This document shows positions 17,637 through 28,458 of a stretch of 64,000 nucleotides of DNA, in pieces. This stretch comes from an uncultured Flavobacteriales bacterium (lineage in GTDB: Bacteria > Bacteroidota > Bacteroidia > Flavobacteriales_D > Sanyastnellaceae). Where the stretch lies: the NCBI GenBank assembly GCA_938074325.1, contig CALJFZ010000029.1, positions 12,292 through 76,291 on the forward strand. Reading direction: 5' to 3'. Each line of letters begins with the position of its first letter. The first letter of the stretch is position 1. The notes under the pieces were generated by a model that did no database searches, was not told the origin of the DNA, and worked only from the letters and a program-made list of their open reading frames with translations. Position numbers and translations under genes: made by a program.

Positions 17637-18734
17637 ATGGCCCTAAAATGCGGAATTGTTGGCCTCCCCAACGTCGGTAAATCCACCCTTTTCAATTGCC
17701 TTTCCAATGCGAAGGCTCAAAGCGCGAATTTTCCTTTTTGTACGATTGAGCCCAACGTCGGTGTCATTACCGTGCCCGACCCGCGCCTTCAGAAATTGGC
17801 GGAGTTGGTCAATCCACAAAACGTTGTTCCGACCACCGTCGAAATCGTGGACATTGCAGGCTTGGTGAAGGGGGCGAGCAAAGGAGAAGGATTGGGCAAC
17901 AAATTCCTCGGTAACATCCGGGAGACGGATGCCATCCTTCATGTTTTGCGCTGTTTTGACGATGGCAACGTGGTGCACGTAGATGGGAGCGTTGACCCCA
18001 TTCGAGACAAGGAAGTCATTGATATGGAACTCCAGCTCAAAGACCTTGAGACCGTTCAAGCCCGAGCCACCAAAATCAAAAAAGCAGCGCAGACTGGAGA
18101 TAAGGATGCTGCAAAAGCGTACGGGTTTTACGAGAAAGTATTGAATGCACTGGAGTCGGGGGCGTCTGCCCGCGCCGTAGAATTGGACGACTCGGAGATT
18201 CTCATGATGCGAGAATTGCAATTGCTCACTGCGAAGCCTGTCATGTACGTATGCAATGTAGATGAAAGTTCAGTGGTCAACGGCAACGACTACGTCGAAC
18301 AAGTTCGTCAAGCAGCTGAAAACGAGGGAGCTTCCATCATGATCATTGGCGCCGCAATTGAGGCCGATATCGCCGAACTGGAGACCCATGAAGAGCGCTC
18401 CATGTTTCTGGAGGACATGGGACTCGAGGAGGCCGGAGTAGCGAAACTCATTCGCAAGGCTTACGAACTCCTCGACCTCCAAACCTACTTCACTGCTGGA
18501 GAAAAAGAGGTGCGCGCTTGGACCTATCGAAGGGGGTACAAGGCGCCTCAAGCGGCGGGTGTCATCCACACGGATTTTGAGAAAGGTTTCATCCGGGCCG
18601 AAGTCATGAAGTACAATGATTTTGTGTCGTTGGGTTCAGAATCTGCCGTGAAAGAAGCGGGGAAGTTGAGTGTGGAAGGAAAGGAATACCTCGTCGAGGA
18701 CGGGGACATCATGCACTTTCGCTTCAACGTGTGA
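17637..18734 (+). CDS. ychF: redox-regulated ATPase YchF
   Basis: [37 protein letters not shown], and C-terminal TGS-like RAWTYRRG...[14 protein letters not shown]. Confidence 0.95.
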   Translation: MALKCGIVGLPNVGKSTLFNCLSNAKAQSANFPFCTIEPNVGVITVPDPRLQKLAELVNPQNVVPTTVEIVDIAGLVKGASKGEGLGNKFLGNIRETDAILHVLRCFDDGNVVHVDGSVDPIRDKEVIDMELQLKDLETVQARATKIKKAAQTGDKDAAKAYGFYEKVLNALESGASARAVELDDSEILMMRELQLLTAKPVMYVCNVDESSVVNGNDYVEQVRQAAENEGASIMIIGAAIEADIAELETHEERSMFLEDMGLEEAGVAKLIRKAYELLDLQTYFTAGEKEVRAWTYRRGYKAPQAAGVIHTDFEKGFIRAEVMKYNDFVSLGSESAVKEAGKLSVEGKEYLVEDGDIMHFRFNV

Positions 18735-19186
18735 TGCGCTATTGGTCATACCTCCTCGTGGCAACTGCGCTCTTCGCAATGAGCTGCGCTGATCCTCACG
18801 CAGACTCCAGCACTTTGCCGGAGGCAGTAGTGGAAAAAATGGCTCGACAGGAAGTTGCATGGAATAGTGGTGACTTGGAGGCCTTCATGGAAGCGGCCTA
18901 CTGGAAAGACGAGCGCCTGGTTTTTGTCGGCAGCAAAGGCCCCACCTATGGCTACGAAGCAACTCTGAATAACTATATGAGGTCGTACGACTCGCCCGAA
19001 GCAATGGGCACGTTGTCGTTCGAGTTAATCGAGTGGCGGTCATTGGGACAAAAACATGGATACCTGCTGGGAAAGTGGGGCCTTCAACGCGGAGAGGATC
19101 TAGGTGATTTGAATGGACATTTCACCTTGGTTTGGGAACATCAGCCTACTGTAGGCTGGGTCATCATCGCCGATCACAGCAGCTGA
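18731..19186 (+). CDS. NTF2-fold (DUF4440/SnoaL-like) lipoprotein
   Basis: Leader ...LFAMSC (lipobox-like). WNSGDLEAFMEAAYW...GHFTLVWEHQPTVGWVIIADHSS is typical of DUF4440-type proteins. Confidence 0.55.
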   Translation: MMRYWSYLLVATALFAMSCADPHADSSTLPEAVVEKMARQEVAWNSGDLEAFMEAAYWKDERLVFVGSKGPTYGYEATLNNYMRSYDSPEAMGTLSFELIEWRSLGQKHGYLLGKWGLQRGEDLGDLNGHFTLVWEHQPTVGWVIIADHSS

Positions 19187-19195
19187 TCACGTAGC

Positions 19196-19807
19196 ATGGG
19201 TTTTTTGTTCGCCATTCTTATCGCTACGGTCTTGGTTTCCTACCAGGCGATGCAACGTCCGGTAGTCAAGGAGAAGCTTCTGTATGTCCCTTACCGGGTC
19301 AAGCACCTCAACGAATGGTATCGCGTATTGACGCATGCATTGGTGCATGCAGATTACACCCATCTATTTGTCAATGCCTTCGTGCTCTGGCAATTTGGCA
19401 TGCGCCTCGAATCCATGTTCAACATGGACGGCCAACCAGAGCTTTTCCCATTGCTATACATTGGCGGAGTGGCGTTCGCCGCTTTCCCCGGCATGATGCG
19501 CCATCACAACAATCCTGGTTACCGTAGCTTGGGGGCAAGCGGAGCCGTGAGCGCTGTACTCATTGCCTACATCCTGCATTTCCCGACCACAGAACTACTC
19601 CTGTTTTTCATCATTCCTATGCCTGCATTTGTAGCTGGCATACTGTTCTTCGTGTATGAGCATAAGATGGACCAACGCGGCAGGAGCCACATCGCGCATG
19701 ATGCCCACCTTTGGGGAGGATTGTTTGGCCTTTTATTCACAGGTATCACCGAACCAGGGACCTTCCCAAAATTCGCAGCAGCAGTCTTGGCTTATTTGCC
19801 CTTTTGA
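19196..19807 (+). CDS. rhomboid-family intramembrane serine protease
   Basis: Multi-TM protein with HADYTHLFVNAF, catalytic GASGAVSAV and downstream AHLWGGLFG. Confidence 0.78.
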   Translation: MGFLFAILIATVLVSYQAMQRPVVKEKLLYVPYRVKHLNEWYRVLTHALVHADYTHLFVNAFVLWQFGMRLESMFNMDGQPELFPLLYIGGVAFAAFPGMMRHHNNPGYRSLGASGAVSAVLIAYILHFPTTELLLFFIIPMPAFVAGILFFVYEHKMDQRGRSHIAHDAHLWGGLFGLLFTGITEPGTFPKFAAAVLAYLPF

Positions 19808-20124
19808 CTCGGAGCGGCGGGCACGATGCGAAAAAGATCTTCGTTGTCGCGTTTCATGAAATATTTCTCCCGAGCGAAACGTTCCAGGCGCTCTGGATTC
19901 GAGGATAAATCCTCGAGCTGCGTTCTCGTATTGTGAATTTCATGCTCGTAATGATCCACCTGCCGATTGAGCCGATTCAGCTCCATTTGGCTTTTGGCGA
20001 GGTAAATCAGGTCAATCTCGGAAACGAACGTGACCCATACCAATCCCAAGCATGCCGTGAGCAGGTAGCGGTTGGTCAAGACAGCCGCTGCCGTTAAAGC
20101 AGAGAGATCAACCTTCTTCCTCAT
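19792..20124 (-). CDS. septum formation initiator (FtsB/DivIC-like)
   Basis: Single TM then a coiled coil, ending ...RFAREKYFMKRDNEDLF. Overlaps the clpC stop by 17 nt. Confidence 0.6.
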   Translation of the reverse strand: MRKKVDLSALTAAAVLTNRYLLTACLGLVWVTFVSEIDLIYLAKSQMELNRLNRQVDHYEHEIHNTRTQLEDLSSNPERLERFAREKYFMKRDNEDLFRIVPAAPSQKGK

Positions 20125-22720
20125 CCGATGTGGACTCTTCTGGCAGCGCGTCGTCCTTCAAGGCTTCTTGTGCTCCGTCTGGCATGCTCAAAAATCCGCC
20201 CTTAACGACTGAGATTTTTAAGTTGGATTCGCCCTTTTTGTAATCTGCTTTGAGCAAATCGCCCTCTTCAATTTTCGCATTGATGATCTCCTCGGCGAAA
20301 GGATCTTCAATGAACTTTTGAATGGCCCGCTTCAATGGTCGAGCCCCATACTTTTCATCGTAGCCTTCTTCAACGAGGAAATCCTTGGCTTTCTTGGTGA
20401 CTTCAATGCCGTAGCCCAAGCCTTCGATGCGCGCAATCAATGCCTTCAATTCCAAATCGATGATGGCGTGGATGTGATCCCGTTCGAGGCTCTTGAAAAC
20501 CACCACGTCATCGATTCGATTCAGGAATTCAGGGCTAAAGGCCCGCTTCAATGCGGTTTGAATCACGGAGTCCCTATTCGCGTTTTCGTTCTCGACCCGG
20601 GCGGTGGTTCCGAATCCGACACCTGTTCCAAATTCAGCAAGCTGGCGGGCTCCGATGTTGGACGTCATGATGATTACGGTGTTCCGGAAGTCAATCTTCC
20701 TCCCCAGGCTATCTGTCATTTGGCCATCATCCAATGCTTGCAAAAGCAAGTTGAATACGTCCGGATGGGCCTTCTCAATTTCATCAAGCAAGACGATGGA
20801 GTAGGGGTGTCGACGCACCTTTTCCGTCAACTGTCCACCTTCCTCGTACCCAACGTAACCGGGAGGCGCTCCCACAAGGCGACTAATGGCGAATTTCTCC
20901 ATGTATTCGCTCATGTCAATTCGAATGAGCGACTCTTCCGTATCGAACATGAAGCGCGCCAGTATCTTGGCGAGCTGAGTTTTACCCACCCCGGTTGGCC
21001 CTAAGAAAATAAAGGAACCAATAGGCTTGTTAGGGTCTTTCAATCCGGCGCGGTTTCGCTTGATAGCTCTGGCCACGCGAACAATGGCATCGTCCTGGCC
21101 AATCACCTTTCCCTGAAGGTCTTCATTCATGCGCGCCAGGCGCCCGGACTCCTTCTCTGCAATGCGTTGAACTGGAATACCGGTCATCATGCCGACGACG
21201 TCGCCAACGTGGTCCACCGTGACGGTAACGCGCTTGTTTTTACTGTCTTCTTCCCATTGTTGCTTCGCGCGTTCGAGCTTTTCATTCAACGTCCGTTCCG
21301 TATCACGCAATTTGGCTGCTTCCTCGTAGCGCTGAGAACGTACAACGCGAACCTTTTCTTCCTTGATCTTTTCGATTTCCTCTTCAATCTGAACAATTTC
21401 TTCAGGAACGTTGATGTTGTTCAAGTGCACACGAGAGCCCACTTCGTCCATGGCGTCGATGGCTTTGTCTGGCAGGTGCCTGTCGGTGATGTAGCGCGAG
21501 GTGAGGTTTACACACGCCTCGATGGCCTCCGGGGTGTAGGTGACGCTGTGATGCTCTTCGTATTTGTCCTTGATGTTGTTGAGGATCTGAATGGTTTCCT
21601 CAATGGACGTTGGCTCGACCAATACCTTCTGGAAACGGCGCTCCAACGCGCCGTCCTTTTCAATGTGCTGGCGGTATTCGTCCAAAGTCGTTGCACCGAT
21701 GCATTGGATTTCTCCACGTGCCAGTGCTGGTTTGAACATATTGGATGCGTCCAATGAACCACTGGCACCACCTGCACCGACAATCGTATGGATCTCATCA
21801 ATGAACAAGATGACATCTGGGGACTTTTCAAGCTCGTTCATTACGGCTTTCATGCGCTCCTCAAATTGCCCGCGGTACTTCGTTCCAGCTACGAGTGAAG
21901 CCACGTCCAAGGTCACAATGCGCTTGTTGAATAGCACACGGCTCACCTTCTTTTCTACGATGCGCAGAGCAAGCCCCTCGGCGATGGCACTTTTGCCAAC
22001 CCCCGGCTCACCGATGAGGATGGGATTGTTCTTTTTCCGTCGGGAGAGAATCTGCGATACTCGTTCGATCTCCTTCTGCCGGCCAACGATTGCGTCCAAT
22101 CGTCCTTCCTCTGCCATTTTCGTTAGGTCTCGGCCGAAATTGTCCAATACAGGCGTCTTGCTTTTGGGGTCAACTTTTCGAGAGCCGTTGCCGCCTCCGC
22201 CCAATGATTCTCCACCCGCTTCCTCTTCACCAAAATCTGCCGCTTCGGCGCGAGGCGCAGAGGTAGAAGCACCTTCTTTGGCGTTGTCCACCATGGCCTC
22301 ATATTCTTCTTTGGCGACGTCGTAATCAATGTTGAAAGCAGACAGGGCTTTCGTCGCTACGTTGTCTTCGTCTTTCAGGATGCTCAACAAAAGGTGTTCC
22401 GTACCAATGAGGTTTGACTTGAAAATTTTCGCCTCGAGGTAGGTGATCTTCAAAATCTTCTCCGCTTGCTTCACCAAAGGAATATTTCCGGCACCAACAG
22501 AAGCGCCTGCTGTCGGACGAATGCTTCCCTCGAGCGCTTTTCGGAGCTTTTGCATGTCGACGTTTAGCCCCTCTAAAATGCGCACCGCTGTTCCTTCGCC
22601 TTCGCGAATGATGCCCAGCATTAAATGCTCAACGCCTATGTAGTTGTGCCCCAACCGCAGCGCTTCCTCTCTGCTGTACGTAATTACGTCCTTGACCCTT
22701 GGTGAAAATTTCGCGTCCAT
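20108..22720 (-). CDS. clpC: ATP-dependent Clp chaperone ClpC-type (two AAA+ modules, Clp_N repeats, UVR motif)
   Basis: Clp N-repeats (HNYIGVEHLMLGI), Walker A GEPGVGKSAI and GPTGVGKTQLAK, UVR-like RSQRYEEAAKLRDTER, short middle domain. Confidence 0.9.
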   Translation of the reverse strand: MDAKFSPRVKDVITYSREEALRLGHNYIGVEHLMLGIIREGEGTAVRILEGLNVDMQKLRKALEGSIRPTAGASVGAGNIPLVKQAEKILKITYLEAKIFKSNLIGTEHLLLSILKDEDNVATKALSAFNIDYDVAKEEYEAMVDNAKEGASTSAPRAEAADFGEEEAGGESLGGGGNGSRKVDPKSKTPVLDNFGRDLTKMAEEGRLDAIVGRQKEIERVSQILSRRKKNNPILIGEPGVGKSAIAEGLALRIVEKKVSRVLFNKRIVTLDVASLVAGTKYRGQFEERMKAVMNELEKSPDVILFIDEIHTIVGAGGASGSLDASNMFKPALARGEIQCIGATTLDEYRQHIEKDGALERRFQKVLVEPTSIEETIQILNNIKDKYEEHHSVTYTPEAIEACVNLTSRYITDRHLPDKAIDAMDEVGSRVHLNNINVPEEIVQIEEEIEKIKEEKVRVVRSQRYEEAAKLRDTERTLNEKLERAKQQWEEDSKNKRVTVTVDHVGDVVGMMTGIPVQRIAEKESGRLARMNEDLQGKVIGQDDAIVRVARAIKRNRAGLKDPNKPIGSFIFLGPTGVGKTQLAKILARFMFDTEESLIRIDMSEYMEKFAISRLVGAPPGYVGYEEGGQLTEKVRRHPYSIVLLDEIEKAHPDVFNLLLQALDDGQMTDSLGRKIDFRNTVIIMTSNIGARQLAEFGTGVGFGTTARVENENANRDSVIQTALKRAFSPEFLNRIDDVVVFKSLERDHIHAIIDLELKALIARIEGLGYGIEVTKKAKDFLVEEGYDEKYGARPLKRAIQKFIEDPFAEEIINAKIEEGDLLKADYKKGESNLKISVVKGGFLSMPDGAQEALKDDALPEESTSDEEEG

Positions 22721-22966
22721 ATCGTTCTAAATTCTCTTTTTTCTTTCTCGAATGACTGCGTGCGTTGTGAGCATACGCAAGACGTTTCTAAACTACGACC
22801 CCTCTACTTCAAACATCCTGCCAAGTGTAAGGTTTATCCACATCACCTTGGGGAGATTTGTGGGTAATTGTAGCCTTGTATCACCGGCCAATGGGGCCAT
22901 CCCTCCGTATTTTCGTTTGCTAGGATGGGAGAGGGGTTTTGAACCAAATTAGGAACTACTGACACG

Positions 22967-25477
22967 ATGGCAGAAGGAGAAAAAATTGTTCAGATAAACA
23001 TCGCGGAAGAGATGAAGTCGGCCTACATCGATTACTCGATGTCGGTCATTGTCTCCCGTGCATTGCCTGATGTTCGCGATGGATTGAAGCCGGTGCATCG
23101 CCGGGTGTTGTATGGCATGTTGGACTTGGGCGTCTTGTCCAATCGAGCCTATAAGAAAAGCGCGAGGATTGTCGGGGAAGTGTTGGGTAAGTACCACCCG
23201 CATGGAGATAGTTCGGTTTATGACACCATGGTGCGAATGGCCCAAGATTGGTCGCTGCGCTACCCCATGGTAGATGGACAGGGGAACTTCGGCTCCATCG
23301 ACGGCGACAATCCAGCCGCCATGCGTTACACAGAAGCGCGGTTGCGGAAGATTGCCGAGGAGATGCTCGACGACCTGGACAAGGAGACCGTAGACTTCCG
23401 TCCGAATTTTGACGAGAGCCTCAAGGAACCCACCGTACTTCCGTCGAAGATTCCAAACCTATTGGTGAACGGTGCCTCGGGCATTGCGGTAGGGATGGCC
23501 ACAAACATGCCTCCACACAACCTGAGCGAGGTCATCAATGGCGCCATTGCCTACATCAATGACAATGACATCACTGTAGAGGGATTGATGGAGCACGTCA
23601 AGGCGCCCGACTTCCCAACCGGTGGGATCATCCACGGAGTAGAAGGAGTGCACGAAGCATTCCATACGGGACGAGGAAGGGTAGTGGTCCGAGGCCGAGC
23701 ACGCATCGAAGAAACCAAAACCGGCAGAGAAGTCATCATTGTTGAGGAGATCCCTTACATGGTGAACAAAGCGGACATGGTGCGCAAGACCGCAGAACTG
23801 GTCAACGACAAGAAAATCGAAGGCATCTCCGAAATCCGAGACGAATCCGATCGGAAAGGCATGCGGGTTGTTTACGAGATCAAGCGAGACGCCATGGCCT
23901 CTGTGGTTCTCAACAAGCTCTATAAGTACACCGCCCTTCAAAGTTCATTCTCAGTCAATAACATTTGCTTGGTCAAAGGCCGCCCGCAGTTGTTAAACTT
24001 GAAAGGACTCACCTCCAACTTCGTCGAGCACCGCCACGATGTTGTGACGCGACGCACGCAATATGATCTGCGCAAAGCGCAAGAGCGTGCCCACATCCTG
24101 CAAGGCTTGATCATTGCCATCGACAACCTCGATGAAGTCATCGAGTTGATCCGTGCCAGTGCGACACCAGAAGAGGCGCGCAACAACCTCATGAGCAAGT
24201 TTGAGCTCTCAGAATTACAGGCACGTGCCATTCTGGATATGCGCCTTCAAAAACTCACAGGGCTGGAACGCGACAAGTTGCGCGCTGAGTACGACGAACT
24301 GATGGCTGTTATCGCAGACTTGGAGGACATCCTCGCCCGCGTGGAGCGCCGCATGGAAATCATCACGCAGGAATTGCTGGACATCAAAGAACGTTACGGG
24401 GACGACCGACGTTCGGACATTGAATTCAGCTCTGCAGATGTACGGATGGAAGACCTCATTGCCGATGAGCAGGTAGTTGTTAGCATCAGCCATGCGGGGT
24501 ACATCAAACGTACCCGACTAGCCGACTACCGCTCCCAAAGCAGAGGAGGAGTGGGGTCAAAAGGTGCCACAACCCGAGACGAGGATTTCGTTGAGCACAT
24601 CTTCACGGCAACCAACCACAATTGGCTGTTGATTTTCACGGCCAACGGTCGGTGTTTCTGGATGCGCATCTTCGAAGTTCCTGAAGGATCCAAGACATCC
24701 AAAGGACGAGCCATTCAGAACCTCATTCAAATCGAACCCGATGATAAGGTTTTGGCTTACATCCCGGTACAAGATTTGAAGGACGAGGAATACGCCAACA
24801 ACAATTTTGTCGTGCTAGCTACGCGCCAAGGCCTCATCAAAAAGACCACGCTCGCCGCATATTCTCGCCCGCGTTCCAATGGAATCAATGCGATCACGAT
24901 CCGGGAGGGCGATGAGCTTTTGACTGCGCGCTTGACCAATGGCGATAACGAAATCATCATCGGTAAGAAATCCGGCAAAGCCATCCGATTCCACGAAAGC
25001 ACTGCACGTGCGGTTGGTCGCACGGCCATGGGCGTGAAAGGGGTCACATTGGAGGGGCCTGAAGACGAAGTCATCGGTATGGTGTGTGTTCGAGGCGCAG
25101 ACTCGGACATCCTTGTTGTCTCTGAGAATGGATACGGAAAACGTTCCGCTGTAGAGGATTACCGGATCACCAACCGAGGAGGAAAAGGAGTCAAAACCTT
25201 GAGCGTAACGGAGAAAACTGGTGCTTTGATCAGCATCCTGAACGTCACAGATGATGATGACCTCATGATTATCAACCGATCAGGCATCACGATCCGAACG
25301 GGCGTTGAGGAGCTCAGAGTCATGGGCAGAGCAACACAGGGAGTCAAACTCATTTCATTGCGAGGTGACGACCAAATTGCTTCCGTTTGCCGCGTACCAA
25401 AAGGCGACGACGAACCGGATGGCGAAGGAGAGGGGGGCGAGCCAACCGGTGATGCACCCGAAGCTTCAGCCGAGTAA
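22967..25477 (+). CDS. gyrA: DNA gyrase subunit A
   Basis: [42 protein letters not shown] (active-site Tyr), beta-pinwheel repeats, and an acidic C-terminal tail. Confidence 0.96.
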   Translation: MAEGEKIVQINIAEEMKSAYIDYSMSVIVSRALPDVRDGLKPVHRRVLYGMLDLGVLSNRAYKKSARIVGEVLGKYHPHGDSSVYDTMVRMAQDWSLRYPMVDGQGNFGSIDGDNPAAMRYTEARLRKIAEEMLDDLDKETVDFRPNFDESLKEPTVLPSKIPNLLVNGASGIAVGMATNMPPHNLSEVINGAIAYINDNDITVEGLMEHVKAPDFPTGGIIHGVEGVHEAFHTGRGRVVVRGRARIEETKTGREVIIVEEIPYMVNKADMVRKTAELVNDKKIEGISEIRDESDRKGMRVVYEIKRDAMASVVLNKLYKYTALQSSFSVNNICLVKGRPQLLNLKGLTSNFVEHRHDVVTRRTQYDLRKAQERAHILQGLIIAIDNLDEVIELIRASATPEEARNNLMSKFELSELQARAILDMRLQKLTGLERDKLRAEYDELMAVIADLEDILARVERRMEIITQELLDIKERYGDDRRSDIEFSSADVRMEDLIADEQVVVSISHAGYIKRTRLADYRSQSRGGVGSKGATTRDEDFVEHIFTATNHNWLLIFTANGRCFWMRIFEVPEGSKTSKGRAIQNLIQIEPDDKVLAYIPVQDLKDEEYANNNFVVLATRQGLIKKTTLAAYSRPRSNGINAITIREGDELLTARLTNGDNEIIIGKKSGKAIRFHESTARAVGRTAMGVKGVTLEGPEDEVIGMVCVRGADSDILVVSENGYGKRSAVEDYRITNRGGKGVKTLSVTEKTGALISILNVTDDDDLMIINRSGITIRTGVEELRVMGRATQGVKLISLRGDDQIASVCRVPKGDDEPDGEGEGGEPTGDAPEASAE

Positions 25478-25481
25478 ATCG

Positions 25482-25520
25482 GCCAGATTTTCGGGATGAT
25501 GGAATCTGGCATTAATTTTG
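25482..25520 (+). terminator. hairpin after gyrA (GCCAGATT...AATCTGGC)
   Basis: 8-bp stem at 25482-25489/25503-25510 with a 13-nt loop. The weak T-tract ATTAATTTTG doubles as the next gene's -7 box. Confidence 0.4.
25513..25520 (+). promoter_or_regulatory. -7 box for the TPR gene
   Basis: Exact match TAATTTTG, 35 nt before ATG 25556. Confidence 0.5.
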
Positions 25521-25555
25521 CCGGCAATTAAGTACACCAAGATCTCAAATAAGGC

Positions 25556-26695
25556 ATGAAAAACATTTTCGCCATCGCATTCATTGCTGCTGCCAGTGTA
25601 GCAGTTGCGCAAAAGCAAGTTGTCTCTGCATACAACGCCAATAAATCAGGAGATTATAAAGCTGCAGCAGGCTACATCGAAGAAGCCATCACCCTTGAAA
25701 AGGCGGCTATCAAAGACAAAACCTGGCGCTACCGAGGGGAGATCTACTTGAACATCGCAAACGACAGCGTTTTGTCCGTGGAGTACCCAAATGCGCTTTG
25801 GATCGCAAAAGATTCATACACGAAAGCACAAGAGTTGGACACGAAAGGCAACTACGAACGGGAAATCATCACAGGCTTAGGGTTGGTTCAAACGACCGCC
25901 GGAAACCAAGGCATCAACGATTACACAACCGAAAATTTCAGTGCCGCAGCTGCCAAATTTGATTTAAGCGCTGAAGTTGCCGGCATGTTCGACGTCATCG
26001 ACACCATGGCTGTCTTCAATGCGGCTTTGTGCTACGAAAAGTCGGGAGATGTTGACCTCGCCGTAGCACGGTACAAATCATGCGGAAGCTTCGGATACCA
26101 GGTGCCAAACGTATACTTGTTCGTCGCCAATCTTCTTCGCCAGGACGGTCGTGTTGAAGACGCGTTGAGTGAGCTGCAATCAGCCCGCAAACAGTTCCCA
26201 CGAGAACAAAGTTTGATCATCGAGGAGTTAAATATCTACCTGGAAGGAAAAGATTACGAGCGCGCTGAGAACAATTTGAAATTGGCCGCAGAGGGTGATC
26301 CAACGAATGAAATCCTATGGTTCAGCCTCGGAAGTGTTTACGACAACTTGGACAAGACCGAATTGGCCGCTGAAGCTTACTTGAAAGCGCTTAGCATCAA
26401 CGCATCCTATTTTGATGCGAATTACAATTTGGGCGCGATGTACTTTAACGAAGCAGTTCAAGGCATTAACGCTGCCAATGACATGTGGAAGCCTCGCATG
26501 ACGAAAGCTGAATCCGCTGAGCAAAAAGCCTTGGAGGATGCCGCAAAGGAAAAGTTCATCGAAGCACGTCCATTCTTAGAGGCAGCTCACACGACCAACG
26601 CGGAAGATATCGACACCATCCGATCTCTGCGTGACATTTACGCTCGTACAGGTCAGGACGACTTGATGCTCAAAATGAGCAACCTGTTGAAGTAA
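25556..26695 (+). CDS. secreted TPR-repeat protein
   Basis: Signal peptide ...ASVAVAQ, followed by repeated TPR-like A..Y.kAl....n helices. Confidence 0.6.
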   Translation: MKNIFAIAFIAAASVAVAQKQVVSAYNANKSGDYKAAAGYIEEAITLEKAAIKDKTWRYRGEIYLNIANDSVLSVEYPNALWIAKDSYTKAQELDTKGNYEREIITGLGLVQTTAGNQGINDYTTENFSAAAAKFDLSAEVAGMFDVIDTMAVFNAALCYEKSGDVDLAVARYKSCGSFGYQVPNVYLFVANLLRQDGRVEDALSELQSARKQFPREQSLIIEELNIYLEGKDYERAENNLKLAAEGDPTNEILWFSLGSVYDNLDKTELAAEAYLKALSINASYFDANYNLGAMYFNEAVQGINAANDMWKPRMTKAESAEQKALEDAAKEKFIEARPFLEAAHTTNAEDIDTIRSLRDIYARTGQDDLMLKMSNLLK

Positions 26696-26716
26696 TTCAC
26701 GAATAACACTATTGAG

Positions 26717-26747
26717 AAGGGAGCCGCTTGGTTCCCTTTTCTTTTGC
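26717..26747 (+). terminator. rho-independent terminator after the TPR gene
   Basis: AAGGGAGCC-gctt-GGTTCCCTT followed by TTCTTTTG. Confidence 0.7.
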
Positions 26748-26861
26748 AAAAGTTATTTAACATAATGATTATTATCATTCAAAAGGGTTCGTCTTAATCG
26801 ACTCAGATTCAACCCAATGATGATTTACCCTCAGAAACGCAACATTTCTAAAGGAATGCCG

Positions 26862-26869
26862 TAAATTTG
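26862..26869 (+). promoter_or_regulatory. -7 box for tRNA-Ser
   Basis: Exact match TAAATTTG, 9 nt before the mature tRNA 5' end (26879). Confidence 0.6.
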
Positions 26870-26878
26870 CACTCGCAC

Positions 26879-26964
26879 GGAGGTTTGGCAGAGTTGGTCG
26901 ATTGCACCGGTCTTGAAAACCGGCGTACCGCAAGGTACCGGGGGTTCGAATCCCTCAGCCTCCG
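26879..26964 (+). tRNA. tRNA-Ser (anticodon UGA), class II with long variable arm, no encoded CCA
   Basis: Hand-folded. Acceptor GGAGGTT/AGCCTCC, anticodon stem CCGGT/ACCGG with loop CTTGAAA, variable arm GTACC-GCAA-GGTAC, T-loop GGTTCGAATCC. Confidence 0.9.
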
Positions 26965-26968
26965 CTTC

Positions 26969-27004
26969 AGAAGCGCTCACACATGTGGGCGCTTCTTTTT
27001 TTTT
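26969..27004 (+). terminator. rho-independent terminator after tRNA-Ser
   Basis: AGAAGCGC (26969-26976) / GCGCTTCT (26989-26996), running into a 9-T run. Confidence 0.8.
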
Positions 27005-27093
27005 CAGAATAGAGAAAACATGCTAACTGCAGAAATCGATTCTCCTGCACCAGTCTCAAACAACCTTTTGTGTTCCTGGTTGTTTTAAAGACA

Positions 27094-28374
27094 ATGAAGC
27101 ATATCTCATTCATCATAGCCTTGACCATAGCCTCGTGCGTATGGGTTTCCGATTCAGTCGCTCAAGTGAGCGTCTATGGATTTTACAGCACATATACCGA
27201 TCCAACCAATCCCATCGTCCTTGGACAATATGAAGCCATTTCTGGCGAATGGTTGGAATGGGATACCTTGGATTTTGCCTCTGGCGTGGTCATGGGATCC
27301 TCGGCATTCGATGCAGGGACAGAGAGCTACATGTTCGCTGGAATTGGATCACCTCCAGAATCGAGCAGCATTCAGTTTTGGGATTACGATGTGATTGACA
27401 ATCAAATTGTTAACAACCCCAGCTTCAACCAAACGATCAATGCCATACAACACGACATGGCAACGGATCGCTTGCTTGCTTTAGGGACTTACGCCGAAGA
27501 TTCGACATTCATCGACTTCGGTAATGGCACTGGGTACTGGGAATACGAATGGGGCTCTGAACTCATTGAATTGGATACGGAATTTGGTGCAGTTGAGTCG
27601 ATAGCGCCCATCACAGGTATCAATGGCGTGGTTCTTGGAGCGACTGCTTTCGATTCTGACAATAACGTGTATGCATTGGTGGGCATTGATAACAGTGGAA
27701 ACCAAAAGTTCATCCAGCTCGACGGCACGACAGGTGAAGTGATTTCTTCCGTGAACCTTCAGATCCCATCGAATATGGGATTCAATGAATTGGAGTGCTT
27801 CATCCTGGGCGAAACGTTTCTCGGCATCAAGCGCCCTTACGGTGCGCCCAATCCAACTACCGAAACCACCGCTTTGGTATCTGTGGATCCTTTAACCGGA
27901 GTCTTGACCAACATTGTTGAATTGCCTCAGATTTACGCATTTTCACCCAATGCCAGTGTATTCGAACAATCAACGGGGTTGTTTATTATGCTCTATTACG
28001 ACTTAAATAACCAATCGCACATTTTGGTTGTAGATCCTGTAGAGGCCGAAGTCGTTGCCGACCATGAAATCGAGGGATCATTTATTGAATTGCAAATCAA
28101 CAACCGTGAATTCATGGTTGCGGCATATGGCACTGCCAATGGCATCGATGAAAATGGCCATACATCATCTACGATTCAAGCGTGGCCAAACCCTGCAAAC
28201 CAGTTCATCACCCTCCAGGGTCTAAACACGCCCTTTGCGATTTACAATTCTGCAGGGCAATGCGTACCTCATGAGATGAAAAATGGGGTTATTGATGTGT
28301 CAAATTGGAATTCAGGCTATTACTTGATTGCTGACCAATCCGGTCGGACAGCTCGGTTCTTGATTCAACACTGA
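27094..28374 (+). CDS. secreted hypothetical protein with T9SS C-terminal sorting domain
   Basis: Signal peptide MKHISFIIALTIASCVW. C-terminus IQAWPNPANQFITLQG...IYNSAGQ...GYYLIADQSGRTARFLIQH. Confidence 0.65.
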   Translation: MKHISFIIALTIASCVWVSDSVAQVSVYGFYSTYTDPTNPIVLGQYEAISGEWLEWDTLDFASGVVMGSSAFDAGTESYMFAGIGSPPESSSIQFWDYDVIDNQIVNNPSFNQTINAIQHDMATDRLLALGTYAEDSTFIDFGNGTGYWEYEWGSELIELDTEFGAVESIAPITGINGVVLGATAFDSDNNVYALVGIDNSGNQKFIQLDGTTGEVISSVNLQIPSNMGFNELECFILGETFLGIKRPYGAPNPTTETTALVSVDPLTGVLTNIVELPQIYAFSPNASVFEQSTGLFIMLYYDLNNQSHILVVDPVEAEVVADHEIEGSFIELQINNREFMVAAYGTANGIDENGHTSSTIQAWPNPANQFITLQGLNTPFAIYNSAGQCVPHEMKNGVIDVSNWNSGYYLIADQSGRTARFLIQH

Positions 28375-28458
28375 ATTCATACGCCATACGAGGCGGATTT
28401 TGAAGTAGCGAGCACGAAACGCGAAGGTCATTCGTTGTTAAATTGTCGTCGCTGTTCC

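Noticed and set aside
22752-22952. A 66-aa ORF in the 246-bp clpC/gyrA divergent intergenic region. I also searched the region for CIRCE or CtsR heat-shock operators upstream of clpC.
   Set aside because: The ORF has odd composition, no start context and no motif. I found no TTAGCACTC-N9-GAGTGCTAA (CIRCE) or GGTCAAA repeat (CtsR), only a weak 5-bp inverted repeat (TGCGT...ACGCA).
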